Below are positions 44,768-54,719 of a DNA stretch of 64,000 nt, piece by piece. The position numbers and the translations under genes were made by a program. Each line of letters starts with the position of its first letter. Positions within the stretch are counted from its first letter, which is position 1. The notes beneath the pieces are model-generated. The model was given only the letters and a program-made list of their open reading frames with translations, had not been told where the DNA came from and did not search any database. Source of the stretch: an uncultured Acidobacteriota bacterium (lineage in GTDB: Bacteria; Acidobacteriota; Thermoanaerobaculia; UBA5066; Gp7-AA6); contig CAVTYD010000002.1 of the NCBI GenBank assembly GCA_963738945.1, positions 3,215,027 through 3,279,026 of the forward strand, given 5' to 3'.

Positions 44768-46143
44768 GCCTGCCGCCGCTCTGGGGCGCGCTCGCCGGCG
44801 TCGCTTTCGGCCTCGCCGCGGCAACGCTCGCCGGGTGGGCGGTCGCGCGCTTTTTCACCGGCGGCCTGACGGGCCGCGAGAAGTTCGCCTGGAGCCTCGC
44901 GACGGGACTTCTGATCCAGGCCGCGTGCCTGCTGCTCCTGCTCGCCGCGCGGGTGCGTCCGACGGCCGCGCGGCTTCTCGGCGCCGAGGCGGGGGTCGCG
45001 GCCATCGCCCTGGCCGGGGCCCGAAGGCGCTCCTCGGCCGGCTGGTATCCATCCGGACGGAAACGGGATCTTCGCGCTCTCGGGCTCGCGGGCGTCGCCG
45101 CGGCCGCATGGCTCGTCTTCCTCCTGACGGCGCTTGCGGACGCGCCCTTCGCGACGGACTTCCTCGCGATCTGGGGCGCGAAGGCGAAGATCGTGTTCGA
45201 GTCCGCGTCGGTGCCCGGGCGTCTCTTCGGAGATCCGGTTCTCGCATTCGCTCATCCCGAGTACCCGCTGCTTCTTCCGCTTTCGCTCGCCGGGCTCGGC
45301 GTCGCCGCCGGGCAGTGGGACGATCAGGCGCTGGCGCTTCTCTACCCGGTGTTCGCCCTGGCGACGCTCTCGGCGCTTTCGGGATTCGTCGAGCGGCGAG
45401 TCTCTCGCGCCGCCGGTGCCCTCGCCGCGGCGCTCTCGGCCCTCTGCTTCTTTCTCTACGGGCCCGCCAACGTCGGTACGGCCGAGATTCCGCTCGCCCT
45501 GGCCGCGGTGCTCGCCGCGACGGCGGCTTCGGACTTCGTGACTTCGGCGACGCCGATGGATGCGCCGAGACTGGCCGTCGCCGCGCTGTTCGCCGCCTCG
45601 ATCAAGGAGGAAGGGGCGCTCTTCGCGGTGCTCCTCGCGGCGGCGATCGGGCTGAAGCGGACGGCCGGCACCGCGCGCCGCGCCGTGGTGGGAGTCGCGG
45701 CCCTCCTCCTGCCGGTCGCACTCCACGGGCTGCTCGAGATGCTCGCCCGGGGTCACCGGTCCTCGCGCGACTTCGACGTCGGGCTGCTGACGCCCGGGCG
45801 ATGGGCCGAGGTTCCGCCCCGCCTCGCGGCCGCGCTCGCCCGCGCCGTCTCCGCCGACGTCCTTCCGTCGGTGTTGCCTCTTCTGGCCCTCGCCGTCTTC
45901 CTGATCGCGACGAAGCCCGGCTCCGGCGACTGGCTGCTCCCCGTTTTTGCGGCACAGCTCGTCGCCTACGTCGGGGCGTGCACGCTCTCGACTTTCGGTC
46001 CCGCGTACGCCGTCGACTCGGCTTTGGCGCGCATCGCGATGACGCTCTTCCCGGCATTCACCATCGTGCTCGCGGCGAGAGCACCGCTCATTCCGTCCCC
46101 GGGTGGGACCACCAGTCGAGCGAGCCGGTTCGGACCCCGGTAG
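44764..46143 (+). CDS. large polytopic membrane protein (GT-C/ArnT-like glycosyltransferase fold suspected)
   Basis: 459 aa, many Ala/Leu-rich helices, HPEYPLLLPL loop motif. Assignment is tentative. Confidence 0.55.
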   Translation: MSLPPLWGALAGVAFGLAAATLAGWAVARFFTGGLTGREKFAWSLATGLLIQAACLLLLLAARVRPTAARLLGAEAGVAAIALAGARRRSSAGWYPSGRKRDLRALGLAGVAAAAWLVFLLTALADAPFATDFLAIWGAKAKIVFESASVPGRLFGDPVLAFAHPEYPLLLPLSLAGLGVAAGQWDDQALALLYPVFALATLSALSGFVERRVSRAAGALAAALSALCFFLYGPANVGTAEIPLALAAVLAATAASDFVTSATPMDAPRLAVAALFAASIKEEGALFAVLLAAAIGLKRTAGTARRAVVGVAALLLPVALHGLLEMLARGHRSSRDFDVGLLTPGRWAEVPPRLAAALARAVSADVLPSVLPLLALAVFLIATKPGSGDWLLPVFAAQLVAYVGACTLSTFGPAYAVDSALARIAMTLFPAFTIVLAARAPLIPSPGGTTSRASRFGPR

Positions 46144-47713
46144 CCGGCGAGATTTCGGCGGAATCGTCGCGGCGCGCCGCCGCGCCCCAGGGCCGGGGAA
46201 CGATCGGGAAGAGCAGGAAGTGCTCCTCGTCGAAGCCGCCCCGGGACTTCACGCCGATCTCGATCGGGCCGCTCCGGTTTGCGGAGAGGACGGCTTGCGG
46301 CAGGGGCACGGTCAGGTACGGACGCTCGAAATCCGTCCGCATCGCCGGCGCGAGAGTCGCGCCCGCGTACGAGACGTCGACGCCGGCATCGGTCGGAATC
46401 ACGAGCGGCGCGATGCGGACGTGGAGCACGGCCGGTTCCCGCTCCGGCAGAGCCCCTCGGGGAATGGTCTGGACGATGCGTATGCCGGCGGCCTCGACCC
46501 GGCCCCACTCCCAGTCGAGCACCTGTCGTTGCCAGGCGGCCGCCGCGACGAGCAGCACGAAGACGAGGGCGGCCGCGAGACGCCGCGACACGGTGTCGAG
46601 CCCGGGCATCGCGGAGAGGCCGAGGAGGAGCAGCGCCGGGAGCAGCGGCAGCGCCAGGCGCGGCAGCGCACCGAGGACGAGCCCCTGGGCGACGAGCATC
46701 GCCGCGAGCAGCAGTCCGAGGACCTTCTCGGTACGGGCCGGGCCTCGCCGAGGAGCGGCGATCAGCGTCGCCAGACACGCCAGAGTGAGGAGCGGCTGGA
46801 TGGTCCGGGAGAGGGCGGTCATGCGCTCGTAGAAGCGCGACCAGCGCGCGTCGTAGTACTCGGTTCCGAGGGGCCCATGGAGGGCCCGCCAGACGATCTG
46901 CCGGCCGCCGTCGCCGCCCGGTTCGCCGGGCGTTCTCTTCCAGCTCGCCCATGCCGTTCTCACCTGGGCAAACGGCGGCGGCTCGGGCCCCGGGTGCTCC
47001 GCCTGTGCCGTCCAGCCGTAGTCGCGGCTCCCGGTGATGAAGGCGGGCGCGGTGCCGCGAAAGGGATCGCCGGGCACCCCCGTCGCGGACCAGACCGGCA
47101 CGCCGAGCAGGGCGAATCCGAGGAGCAGAGGCCCGATCCGCCGGGCGCGGCCGTGAACCGCGAGGCTCGCGGCACCGAGCGCCAGCGCGGCGGCGCCGGC
47201 GTTGGGGCGCACCAGGAAGAGGACGGACATCGCGAGGCCGAGCAGGATCGCGCGGGACTTCCGCATCGGTGGATCGAGGAGAACGGCGACGAGCGGGAGA
47301 AACAATGCCGCCGTCAATGCCTCGGACATGACGGCGCTCGACGCATCGCGCCACCGCAGCATGAGGACGAGCGCCAGATAGACCGCGGCCCCCCAGGCCG
47401 GGCCTCGCCGCCGTCCGACGAGCAGTGCGGCGGCGGCGATTCCCGCCCAGAGGAGCAGCGACTGGAGGACCACGATGCGCCGCTCCGCGCTGGCGTCCGG
47501 CCCCGCGGCGAGCGCCGCCCGGAGAAAGAGGATGTAGCCGGGCTTGGGAGGATGGTGCGTCGAGACGACGGGCGTGAAGATCCCTTCGCCCCGCCGCGCC
47601 CAGCCGAGGTCGATCGCGCTGTCGGACCAGAGGACGACCGGCGCGGAGAGTGCGGGCCAGAGATAGACCGCGAGACCGAGAGCTCCGAGGACGCCGACGG
47701 AGGCGCGTCGCAT
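46088..47713 (-). CDS. polytopic membrane protein with C-terminal extracytoplasmic domain (GT-C-like, paralogue of 47731..49401)
   Basis: ATG at 47713 within ORF 46088..48688. HPPKPGYILFLRA, LRWRDASSAVMSE, LVRPNAG blocks are shared with the upstream paralogue. Confidence 0.6.
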   Translation of the reverse strand: MRRASVGVLGALGLAVYLWPALSAPVVLWSDSAIDLGWARRGEGIFTPVVSTHHPPKPGYILFLRAALAAGPDASAERRIVVLQSLLLWAGIAAAALLVGRRRGPAWGAAVYLALVLMLRWRDASSAVMSEALTAALFLPLVAVLLDPPMRKSRAILLGLAMSVLFLVRPNAGAAALALGAASLAVHGRARRIGPLLLGFALLGVPVWSATGVPGDPFRGTAPAFITGSRDYGWTAQAEHPGPEPPPFAQVRTAWASWKRTPGEPGGDGGRQIVWRALHGPLGTEYYDARWSRFYERMTALSRTIQPLLTLACLATLIAAPRRGPARTEKVLGLLLAAMLVAQGLVLGALPRLALPLLPALLLLGLSAMPGLDTVSRRLAAALVFVLLVAAAAWQRQVLDWEWGRVEAAGIRIVQTIPRGALPEREPAVLHVRIAPLVIPTDAGVDVSYAGATLAPAMRTDFERPYLTVPLPQAVLSANRSGPIEIGVKSRGGFDEEHFLLFPIVPRPWGAAARRDDSAEISPATGVRTGSLDWWSHPGTE

Positions 47714-47730
47714 CGCCTTCACCGTGCGGT

Positions 47731-49401
47731 TCACTCGCTCGTCAGCCACACCGGCCAGCCGCCGCGGGTGTCGCCGGAAAAACCCGACGGGATCCACTCG
47801 CCCCCGTCGACCTCGCTGTGGAGGCCCAGCATCGGAGGCGAAACGGGGAAATAGACAAAGCCGCTCGGGCTCGTCTCGGGCCGCGTCGTCAGAGTGAGCC
47901 GCAGCCCCGACCGCCGTGCCCGCGCCGCCTCTCCGGCGGTCAGATCGGCGCTGAAGAATGCGGGAAACGGAGCCGGATCGCCGGCCTCGCGGGAGAGAGC
48001 GGGCCGGCCGTCGATCGCGGCGACGAAGCCCTCCGAAAACGGCGGCTCCTGGAGCAGCCGGAAATGGAGCCGCCGCGGGGAGGCGGGAACGCGGCCCGGC
48101 GGAACGACCTCCTCGATCGTCCGGTTCGGTCCTCGGACGAGCGCGTAATCGTAGCCCGCGATGTCGGGAATGCGATGGAGCTCGAGCGCGAGGCCGAGAA
48201 GAACGACGCCGCCGAGGCCCGCGACCCACGGTCTCCAACGCAGCGACGGCAGCGTCGCGGCGACGAGCGCGGCCAGAAGCGGAACGAAGGGCAGCGCGAG
48301 CCTCGGATCGGCGCCGAAGAGCAGGGACTGGGCGATGACGATGAACGCGATTCCCGCGCCGCCGAGGGCGAAGCGTCCCCGCGCGACCAGGGCGCACAGG
48401 CTCAGGGCGACGAGCGTGGCGGCGAAGAGCCACCACCAGGAGCGGACGAAGCGGTCGACCGTCGGGTAGACGGCGCCGCCCCATCTCGACGGAAGCTCCT
48501 CGGTCGAGAAGAGTCCGTGCAACGACCGCCACTCGAGCGAGCGCTCGCGGTTCTCGGTCCAGGGATGCAGGAAGTCCCGCCAGCGCTCTTCCACGCGGCG
48601 CAACTGCCGGCGAGCGGTTTCGGCAGCGTCGGCTCCGACGGGCCACGCGCCGATGTCGTATCGCCAGTAGTAGTCGGCGGTTCCCCACAGGAGCGTTCGC
48701 GCGCCGTCACGGGGAACGACCGAGCGATTGCCCGCGAAGTGAAGCAGGCCGAACCAGAGAAGCAGGGCACCCGCGAAGGACAGGGCGCCGGCCGCCAGGG
48801 CGCGCGCCGATCCCGCGCGCGGTTCGGAGATCGCGATCGCGATCGTGATGGCGACGAGCGAGACGCCCAGATTCGGCCGGATCGGAGTCAACAATCCCGC
48901 GAGCGCACCGGCGGCGGCCAGCCACCCCGGGCTTCGCTGCCGGCCGAGCAGGACGCAGGCGATCGTGGCCATGCACGTCGCGGCGCCCACGGGCTCGCTC
49001 GCGACATGGTCGCAGCTGTCGCGCAGCGGCAGGAACGCCGCCATGAACAGGAGAAAGAGAACGGCGCTCGCCGGGCCGATCGTGCTCCAGAGTGCGAAGG
49101 CGAGAAGACCGGCTCCGGCGCAAACCAGGAGGGCGTCGATGACCAGGAATCGGCGGTTCTCGGAGGCCGACGCGCCGAGGCCCGGCAGCAGGAGCCGCAG
49201 CAGCGCGACGTAACCCGGCTTGGTGAGGTGAGAGGCGTCGCTCGGATGCGAGTCGAGCCGTCCGGTGGCGGCCCAGTCCCGGGCGATGCTCAGGTCGTTG
49301 GCGGCGGTTCCCAGTCCGGGCGCGGCGAGAAACGCACCGACGACGTAGAGCAGAAGGACGCCCGACCCGAGGAGGATCGCCGCGGAGCGCCCCGACGTCA
49401 C
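47731..49401 (-). CDS. polytopic membrane protein with C-terminal extracytoplasmic domain (GT-C-like, paralogue of 46088..47713)
   Basis: LTKPGYVALLRL, LPLRDSCDHVASE, LTPIRPNLG. Same architecture and tail (..WPVWLTSE versus ..WWSHPGTE). Confidence 0.6.
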   Translation of the reverse strand: MTSGRSAAILLGSGVLLLYVVGAFLAAPGLGTAANDLSIARDWAATGRLDSHPSDASHLTKPGYVALLRLLLPGLGASASENRRFLVIDALLVCAGAGLLAFALWSTIGPASAVLFLLFMAAFLPLRDSCDHVASEPVGAATCMATIACVLLGRQRSPGWLAAAGALAGLLTPIRPNLGVSLVAITIAIAISEPRAGSARALAAGALSFAGALLLWFGLLHFAGNRSVVPRDGARTLLWGTADYYWRYDIGAWPVGADAAETARRQLRRVEERWRDFLHPWTENRERSLEWRSLHGLFSTEELPSRWGGAVYPTVDRFVRSWWWLFAATLVALSLCALVARGRFALGGAGIAFIVIAQSLLFGADPRLALPFVPLLAALVAATLPSLRWRPWVAGLGGVVLLGLALELHRIPDIAGYDYALVRGPNRTIEEVVPPGRVPASPRRLHFRLLQEPPFSEGFVAAIDGRPALSREAGDPAPFPAFFSADLTAGEAARARRSGLRLTLTTRPETSPSGFVYFPVSPPMLGLHSEVDGGEWIPSGFSGDTRGGWPVWLTSE

Positions 49402-50801
49402 AGGCTTCCGAGCAGCGTCTCGGGCAAGCCGCCGAACGCTCCCGAGGACATCAGGAGCAGGACGTCGCCCGGGCGGGCCTCGCGCTGAAGGATGGCGGGA
49501 ATCTCGGCAATCGTCGCCGGAGCGAAGGCGGGTTTGCCTCCGGCTTCGGCAAAGCGGCGGGCGAGCGCCGCTCGATCGATCTGATTGTCGGGAGCCAGAC
49601 GCCGGGCGTGGAAGACGGGCGCGACGACGAGGGCGTCGGCTCCGGAAAACGCATCGGCATACTCGTCTTCGAACATCTTTCGGCCGGCCGTGTTCGAACG
49701 CGGCTCGAAGAGCGCCCAGAGCCGCCGACCCGGAAACCGCGCTCGCGCGGCCTGGATCGTGCCGCGCACCGCGGTCGGGTGATGAGCGAAGTCGTCGACG
49801 ACCGCTATGCCGTTCTTCTCGCCACGCAGGTCGAGTCGCCGCCGGACGCCCTCGAATCGAGGCAGGGCGCGAGCCACCTCGCCGGCCGAGAGGCCGAGCC
49901 CGCGGACGAGCGCGATGGCGCCGAGAGCGTTGCGCACGTTGTGCAGGCCGGCGAGCGGCGAGGACAGGCGTGTCACCGGGAGGCCCGCTTCGAGAAGCGT
50001 GAAGTCGGTGCCGTCCGGCCGGAAGGCGATCTCCCGGGCGGAGAAGTCCGCTCCGGGGTCGTCGAGCGAAACCCGAACCACGGGAGCGGAGGCCTCCGCG
50101 GCGAGCGCCGCGACGCGCGGATCGTCGGTGTTCAGGACGACGGCCCCGCCGGACGGCACGAGGCGCACGACCGCGCGGAACGCTTCGATGACCGCCGGGA
50201 GGTCCGGATAGAGGTCCGCGTGGTCGTACTCGACGTTGCCGACGAAGAGGTGCCTCGGCTCGTAGTGGAGGAACTTCGGACCGCGGTCGAAGAAGGCGGC
50301 GTTGTACTCGTCTCCCTCGAGCACGAAGTGCGGGCCGCTTCCGTGCCGATACCCGCGGCCGAGATTCTTCATCTCTCCGCCGACGAGAAACCCCGGATCT
50401 CTTCCGGTGTCGAGCAGCAGCCAGGCCGTCAGGGCGGAGGTCGTCGTCTTGCCGTGCGTTCCGGTGATGACGACCGAAGTCTTGCCGGGCAGCAGGTACT
50501 GGCGAACCGCCTGAGGGAGAGAAAGCACGGCCAGGCCGCGGCGCGTCGCCTCGGCCGCCTCGACGTTGTCGCGGAGGGCGGCATTCCCGACGATGACCGT
50601 GTCGCAGTCGGCCGGGACGTGCTCGGCGGCGAAGCCCCGCTCGACCGGAACGCCGAGGCTTTCGATCAGAGTGGACATCGGGGGATAGAGCGGGCCGTCG
50701 CTGCCGGTGACCCGGTGGCCCTCCTCGAGCAGCAGCGCCGCCAGGGGGACCATGGCGGTGCCACCGACGGGAACGAGGTGAAACCGCCGCTTTTTGCTCA
50801 T
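49398..50801 (-). CDS. mpl: UDP-N-acetylmuramate:L-alanyl-gamma-D-glutamyl-meso-diaminopimelate ligase (Mpl-type Mur ligase)
   Basis: GTHGKTTT, EGDEYNAAFFDRGPKF, DFAHHP, FEPRSNT. These blocks fit Mpl better than MurC. Confidence 0.8.
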   Translation of the reverse strand: MSKKRRFHLVPVGGTAMVPLAALLLEEGHRVTGSDGPLYPPMSTLIESLGVPVERGFAAEHVPADCDTVIVGNAALRDNVEAAEATRRGLAVLSLPQAVRQYLLPGKTSVVITGTHGKTTTSALTAWLLLDTGRDPGFLVGGEMKNLGRGYRHGSGPHFVLEGDEYNAAFFDRGPKFLHYEPRHLFVGNVEYDHADLYPDLPAVIEAFRAVVRLVPSGGAVVLNTDDPRVAALAAEASAPVVRVSLDDPGADFSAREIAFRPDGTDFTLLEAGLPVTRLSSPLAGLHNVRNALGAIALVRGLGLSAGEVARALPRFEGVRRRLDLRGEKNGIAVVDDFAHHPTAVRGTIQAARARFPGRRLWALFEPRSNTAGRKMFEDEYADAFSGADALVVAPVFHARRLAPDNQIDRAALARRFAEAGGKPAFAPATIAEIPAILQREARPGDVLLLMSSGAFGGLPETLLGSL

Positions 50802-50903
50802 CTTTCGGCCCGGAGTTTGGTCTAATGGAGGCGTTTTCGGAAATAGGCCCGGATTTCCGAGGGTTTAACCCCTTTGATTCGCTATGACAGGAGGAAACCG
50901 AAG

Positions 50904-51989
50904 ATGCTTCATGTCCTGAAAATCGGCCGGCTGTCGGTCGCGGCGCTGTTCGCCGCGGCGGTCGCTCTGGCCCAGAAGCCCGCCGAAACCAAGCCGGCGG
51001 CCTCGGCCGCGCCGGCCCAGGCGGCCAAGCCCGCGGCCGGAAAGTCGGTCGCCGCCCCGAAGATCGAGATCGGTCAGGAGACCAAGGACATGGGCACGGT
51101 GCCCAAGGGGCAGGTCATCCAGACCGACTTCATCATTCACAACGCCGGCGCCTCGGACCTGGTGATCACCGACGCGCGCCCCTCGTGCGGCTGCACGGTT
51201 TCCTCCTTCGACAAGGTCATCAAGCCGGGAACCGAAGGCAAGGTTCACGCGAGCATCGACACCAAGAGCTTCTCGGGACCGATCTCGAAGTCGGTGCTCG
51301 TCGTCTCGAACGACCCCGACCGTCCGCAGATGAACCTCTTCGTCAAGGCGATCGTCAAGCCCTTCGTCGACGTGGCGCCGCAGGCCTACGTGCGGTTCGC
51401 GGTCGTCAAGGGCGATCCGGCCTCCCAGGACGTGATCCTCATCTCCGAGGAGAAGGGCTTCAAGCCTTCGATCGCGGAGTCCTCGCAGCCCTACGTCAAG
51501 GCGGAGATCACGCCGGCCGGCGACAAGGACAAGATCGCGGGCCGCCCCGGCGATCAATACAAGCTCGCGGTGTCCGTCACGGGTGACGCGCCCGAGGGGC
51601 TCCTCAACGCTCCGATCCGCATCAACACCGGCGTGCAGCAGCAGCCGACCCTCGAGGTCCCGGTCTCGGGCATCGTGCGGCCGCGCGTGTCCGTCACGCC
51701 AATCACGGTCAACTTCGGAAACTTCACGCCCGGCAAGGATCCGATCACGCGCAATATCGTCGTGACGAACAACAAGCCCGGAACCCCGGTCAAGGTCACC
51801 AAGGCGGAAGTCAACGTCCCGGGCTTCGTCACCGACGTCGTTCCGACGCAGGAAGGCGTCTCCTACACGGTCGTCGTCAAGGCCAACGACAAGGTCAAGA
51901 AGGGCGTCGTGGACGGGAAAGTGACGCTGTACACCTCCGACAAGGAAAAAGAGAAGATCGAGATTCCGCTCAAGGGCGAGGCGCTCTAG
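50904..51989 (+). CDS. secreted DUF1573-domain protein
   Basis: AGGAGG at 50889-50894 upstream of the ATG at 50904. Signal peptide. FIIHNAGASDLVITDARPSCGCT is the DUF1573 signature. The domain-like segment is repeated. Confidence 0.8.
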   Translation: MLHVLKIGRLSVAALFAAAVALAQKPAETKPAASAAPAQAAKPAAGKSVAAPKIEIGQETKDMGTVPKGQVIQTDFIIHNAGASDLVITDARPSCGCTVSSFDKVIKPGTEGKVHASIDTKSFSGPISKSVLVVSNDPDRPQMNLFVKAIVKPFVDVAPQAYVRFAVVKGDPASQDVILISEEKGFKPSIAESSQPYVKAEITPAGDKDKIAGRPGDQYKLAVSVTGDAPEGLLNAPIRINTGVQQQPTLEVPVSGIVRPRVSVTPITVNFGNFTPGKDPITRNIVVTNNKPGTPVKVTKAEVNVPGFVTDVVPTQEGVSYTVVVKANDKVKKGVVDGKVTLYTSDKEKEKIEIPLKGEAL

Positions 51990-52020
51990 TACTGTAGCGA
52001 CCGTCCCACGCGCTGGATCG

Positions 52021-52055
52021 AAACGCCCCGGAAGACCGGGGCGTTTTCTTTTTTT
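52021..52055 (+). terminator. rho-independent terminator after the DUF1573 gene
   Basis: aaacgccccgg-aaga-ccggggcgttt perfect 11-bp stem followed by tctttttttg. Confidence 0.8.
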
Positions 52056-52131
52056 GCCGAACCCGCGCGCGGACTCCGGCCGGGAGCCCGGGGCCGCGCT
52101 AATCTAGAGCCCCTCCGGGGAGGCGGGACGG

Positions 52132-54705
52132 ATGAAGCCACGGGCCACGCCCACACTCGCGGCGCTCGCCGCCCTGACGGTCGTCTACTTCGTCGCGGGC
52201 AAGCTCGGCCTGACGCTGGCGTTCCTGAATGCGAGCGCGACGCCGGTGTGGCCCGCGACCGGAATCGCTCTGGCCGCTCTCCTCGTGCTCGGGTACCGCG
52301 TCTGGCCCGCGCTCCTGCTCGGCGCGTTCCTCGTCAACCTCACGACGACGGGCACCGTCGGCTCGTCGATCGGCATCGCGGTCGGCAACACGCTCGAGGG
52401 CGTCGTCGGAGCCTTTCTGGTCGCGACCTTCGCCAACGGGCGGCATGCCTTCGACCGCGCCCGGGACGTCTTCAAGTTCACGGGTCTCGCGGCGCTCGGC
52501 GCCACGATGGTCAGCGCGACGATCGGTGTCGCGAGCCTCGCGCTCGCCGGCCTCGCGCGGCCCGCCGACTACCTCTCGGTGTGGCTGACCTGGTGGCTCG
52601 GTGACGCGACCGGGGCGATCGTCGTGACGCCCGTCCTGCTGCTCTGGAAGAGCCGCCCGGCTCCGCGGTGGGCGCTTTCGCGGTTCTTCGAGGCCGCCCT
52701 GCTCCTGCTGTTGCTGCTGGCGGTCGGCGGACTCGTGTTCGGCGGTCTCCTTCCCGTGGAGAACAAGACGTACTCGCTGGAGTTTCTGTTCCTGCCGCTG
52801 CTCGTCTGGGCGGCGTTTCGCTTCGGGCCGCGGGAGGCGGCCGCCGCGACCCTCCTCCTGTCGGCGATCGCGATCGCCGGCACGCTCGGGGGCCTCGGTC
52901 CCTTCGTCGAGAAATCCCGCAACGAGTCGCTGCTGCTGCTCCAGGCGTTTCTCGGCGTCGTGATGATCACGACGACCGCGCTCGCCGCCGTCGTCGCGGA
53001 GCGCCGGCGCGTCCAGGATTCCCTGTCCCTGCTGGAGACGGCCGTGGACAACGCGGTCGAGGGCATCTTCATCCTGACGCCCGCCCGCGGCAATCCCATG
53101 CCCCGCATCACGTTCGTCAACGAGGCGTTCCGGCGCATCACGGGCCTCGACGGGTCGGCGGTGAAGGGCCAGACGCTGCGGGCGCTGCCCCTCGTCGAAA
53201 ACGTCCTCGAATCCTCGACCGGAGTGCGCCGCAGTCTCTACGCCAATCAGCGGTTCCACAGCGAGGGGCTCCGCATGCGCCGCCCGGACGGATCGGAGGG
53301 CGTCGTCGAGCTCGAGCTCGCGCCGATGCCCGAGAACGCCCCGGCTCCGACGCACTGGATCGGGGTGCTGCGCGACGTCACCGAGCGGGCCGCTCATCTC
53401 GAGATCCTGGAGCACCAGGCCCTCTACGACCATCTGACGAGCCTTCCCAACCGGGTCCTCCTCCGCGACCGCCTCGATCAGGCGATTCGCAGCGCGGGGC
53501 GGCAGGATGCCTCGCTGGCCCTTCTCGTGATGGACCTCGACCGCTTCAAGGAGATCAACGACACGTTCGGCCACCAGTTCGGAGACCTGCTCCTGAAGGA
53601 GTTCGCTCAGCGCCTGCGCGGGCTGCTGCGGACCGCCGACACCGTCGCCCGCCTCGGCGGCGACGAGTTCGCGGTGCTGCTGCCGGAGGCGGGCACCGCG
53701 GGCGACGCGGCGTTGGCGGCCGAGAAGATCCTCGCCGGGCTCGGGCCGCCGTTCACGATCGAGGGACAGAGCCTGGATGTCTCCGCTTCGATCGGGATCG
53801 CGGTCTGTCCGCGCGACGGAGACGACTGGGGCACGCTGCTTCGCTGCGCCGACGTGGCCATGTATGCCGCGAAGCAGTCGAGCGAGGGCTACGTCGTCTA
53901 CTCCGCAGGCGACGATACCTTCGGCGAGAGCGGCGTGACGCTGATGCGCGAGTTGCGCGCGGGAGTCGAGAGCGGCCAGCTCCACCTCGACTACCAGCCC
54001 CAGGTGGACATGCGGAGCCGGCGCACGACGGCGGTCGAGGCGCTGCTGCGCTGGCGGCATCCGCGGCGCGGACTCCTGCTGCCGGGCCAGTTTCTACCGG
54101 CGGCCGAGCGGACGGGGACGATCAAGCCGGTCTGCGAATGGGCCCTCGAGGCGGCAGTCCAGCATTGCCGGAGCTGGCACGAGGCCGGCCTCGCGATCCG
54201 GATCGCCGTCAACGTTTCGGGCCGCAACCTCCGCGACCCGCTGCTGTCCGAGCGCCTGTCGCGCCTGCTCGAGACCGCGAAGCTCGACCCGGACTTTCTC
54301 AAACTCGAGATCTCGGAGCAGGGCGTCGCGGGCGATCCGCGCGGCGCCATCGCCGCGCTCGCGCGCCTCAAGTCCGCCGGAGTGCACCTGGCGATCGACG
54401 ACTTCGGGGGGGGCGAGTCCTCGCTGTCCTCGCTCAAACAGCTCCCGGTCGACGAGATCAAGATTGCCGGATCGCTCGTGCGCGCCATGGCGAAGGATTA
54501 CAGGGACGCCGCGATCGTTCGCTGCGCGATCGAGCTCGGCCACCGCCTCGGCCGCACGGTCGTCGCCCAGGACGTGGAGGATCTCGAGTCCTGGGAGATG
54601 CTCTCGGAGTTCGGCTGCGACGTCGCGCAGGGCCGTTACGTCGGTCCGGCGCTGCCGCGCGAAGAGCTCGCGCTCTGGCTCGACCGCGCCAGTTCCTCCG
54701 CCTGA
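52132..54705 (+). CDS. MASE1-PAS-GGDEF-EAL c-di-GMP signalling membrane protein
   Basis: MASE1-like N-terminus (ATPVWPATGIALAALLVLG), PAS segment, RLGGDEFAVLL, EALLRWRHP, DDFGGGESSL. Confidence 0.9.
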   Translation: MKPRATPTLAALAALTVVYFVAGKLGLTLAFLNASATPVWPATGIALAALLVLGYRVWPALLLGAFLVNLTTTGTVGSSIGIAVGNTLEGVVGAFLVATFANGRHAFDRARDVFKFTGLAALGATMVSATIGVASLALAGLARPADYLSVWLTWWLGDATGAIVVTPVLLLWKSRPAPRWALSRFFEAALLLLLLLAVGGLVFGGLLPVENKTYSLEFLFLPLLVWAAFRFGPREAAAATLLLSAIAIAGTLGGLGPFVEKSRNESLLLLQAFLGVVMITTTALAAVVAERRRVQDSLSLLETAVDNAVEGIFILTPARGNPMPRITFVNEAFRRITGLDGSAVKGQTLRALPLVENVLESSTGVRRSLYANQRFHSEGLRMRRPDGSEGVVELELAPMPENAPAPTHWIGVLRDVTERAAHLEILEHQALYDHLTSLPNRVLLRDRLDQAIRSAGRQDASLALLVMDLDRFKEINDTFGHQFGDLLLKEFAQRLRGLLRTADTVARLGGDEFAVLLPEAGTAGDAALAAEKILAGLGPPFTIEGQSLDVSASIGIAVCPRDGDDWGTLLRCADVAMYAAKQSSEGYVVYSAGDDTFGESGVTLMRELRAGVESGQLHLDYQPQVDMRSRRTTAVEALLRWRHPRRGLLLPGQFLPAAERTGTIKPVCEWALEAAVQHCRSWHEAGLAIRIAVNVSGRNLRDPLLSERLSRLLETAKLDPDFLKLEISEQGVAGDPRGAIAALARLKSAGVHLAIDDFGGGESSLSSLKQLPVDEIKIAGSLVRAMAKDYRDAAIVRCAIELGHRLGRTVVAQDVEDLESWEMLSEFGCDVAQGRYVGPALPREELALWLDRASSSA

Positions 54706-54719
54706 CCGGCTCTCCTCTC

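Noticed and set aside
46088-46143. 56-bp convergent overlap of two membrane-protein genes as evidence of a frameshift or mis-assembly.
   Set aside because: Both frames are continuous and both tails are plausible. High-GC genomes often lack early stops, so one C-terminus may simply be over-extended. No independent sign of error is present.
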